The translations under genes were made by a program, and so were the position numbers. DNA of 48,661 nucleotides, taken from the NCBI GenBank assembly GCA_050298595.1, contig JBNKUM010000019.1:1-48661 (forward strand), read 5' to 3'. How positions within the stretch are numbered: the first letter of the stretch is position 1; each line of letters opens with the position of its first letter. This document shows, in pieces, positions 47,614 through 48,661 of the stretch. The stretch comes from Gammaproteobacteria bacterium. GTDB lineage: Bacteria; Pseudomonadota; Gammaproteobacteria; GCA-001735895. Below the pieces are notes generated by a model, which searched no databases, had not been told where the DNA came from, and was given only the letters and a program-made list of their open reading frames with translations.

Positions 47614-48660
47614 TTAACCTCCACACACAGGAAGAACTTCAGTCGTCAAAATATTGAACCATTGTTCAGACATTTTCGAGTAACCCGATATGTTTGGATG
47701 AAGATAATCTGAAAAATCTTCTGTCGAAATTAGTGCACTTTCCATATCTACAATCTTTATTTTGTCACCACTGGCTATGCGCGCTAAAGCCATAGATTCT
47801 ATATTATCATTAAAAGTTGTGGTCAGAGCACTATAACTTTGCCTGTTGATTATTCTAGCTAGAACAACCTCAATATTTGGATCAAACCTATCAATTTCAT
47901 TTAAAATAAATTCCACGTCCGAAGTGTTAGTATCAAGTGAATTGGTTCCAATATGTAGCAAAACCACATCAGCTGGATTTATTGATAACCAATAAAACAC
48001 ATTCGCTGCTACCTGATCATCAGTCCAACCCGCATGCCCTTCATGCTCAGAATCAAAGGTAGGAATAGCGGCATCACCACCATTTTGAGACCCAACAAAG
48101 TCAACATTGAAACCAGCTTCTGCCAAAGAATAGTACAATTCCCTTCTGTAACTTACCCTAAAACCGTCAGCTGGAAGTGAAAAGGAATCCTTTCCTAGCG
48201 TAATGGAATCACCTAGTGGCATTATTCGCGTATCTGGACATGAAGTATTTTGAAAAACCGCCTCAGAAACAGCACTATCTAAGACATTAGAGTCATCACT
48301 TATAGTTATCGCCTTTATAGTCACATCACTTGATATAGAAAAAGGTCCTTGATATGCAGGCGAAAACTCATTTGGTTCTGTTCCATCGGTAGTATACCGT
48401 ATAGTACCAACTCCAGTAGTTGTTATTGATATAATGCGATTCATATAAAATGTTCCTCCCGCCGGGCTGATCACAGGTGCTGACATTGTAGCTACACCCT
48501 GCGGACTTTCTGGCGGACCTGCATCGCCATAGCTTACCACTGGATCAAATCCCGCATCTGTCGTAATCACTATCTTATCAATAATCACCCCGTCTTCTCG
48601 CATCCATACGTTTAAGGTATGCTCTCCCAGTGTCGCCACATCAATCTGTGCTACCGCTCC
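47614..48660 (-). CDS. Multidomain protein with Fn3-associated/chitobiase C-terminal-like domain and SGNH/GDSL hydrolase (5' part outside window)
   Basis: Frame open to the window edge; IRYTTDGTEP; MPLGDSIT, HEGHAGW, HIGTN, DYLHPNISGY. Confidence 0.85.
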   Translation of the reverse strand, partial: GAVAQIDVATLGEHTLNVWMREDGVIIDKIVITTDAGFDPVVSYGDAGPPESPQGVATMSAPVISPAGGTFYMNRIISITTTGVGTIRYTTDGTEPNEFSPAYQGPFSISSDVTIKAITISDDSNVLDSAVSEAVFQNTSCPDTRIMPLGDSITLGKDSFSLPADGFRVSYRRELYYSLAEAGFNVDFVGSQNGGDAAIPTFDSEHEGHAGWTDDQVAANVFYWLSINPADVVLLHIGTNSLDTNTSDVEFILNEIDRFDPNIEVVLARIINRQSYSALTTTFNDNIESMALARIASGDKIKIVDMESALISTEDFSDYLHPNISGYSKMSEQWFNILTTEVLPVCGG

Positions 48661-48661
48661 A

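Overview
Genomic window from a sulfur-oxidising gammaproteobacterium, inferred from the reverse-type dsr operon and a sulfur-globule protein. From left to right: the 5' part of a type I secretion ABC transporter (HlyB-type); a DsrC-like protein lacking both canonical cysteines plus a small hypothetical gene; and a divergent 13-gene operon whose first 12 genes follow the gene order and signature motifs of the archaeal Mrp-Mbx / membrane-bound sulfane reductase (MBS) complex. In this operon MbxH and H' are fused, MbxN is fused to a GltD/DsrL-type flavoprotein, a ferritin-like gene ends the operon, and an FNR-like box lies upstream. Next is a tauD-like / small protein / orphan Cas6 (Cmx6-type) cassette divergent from dsrA, with no CRISPR array or other cas gene in the window. 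Then come dsrABEFHCMKLJOPNR and a NarX/NarL-like two-component system with a Cys-rich GAF domain, followed by a candidate sRNA, two MITE-like elements, a sulfur-globule protein, a catalytically dead S24 protein, an Atm1-type exporter and a cysC pseudogene. The window ends in an AT-richer exosortase A exopolysaccharide cluster. The two most interesting systems are the NAD(P)H-coupled MBS-like complex and the CRISPR-less Cas6 linked to dsr. Family assignments come from motif recognition only; no database searches were run.
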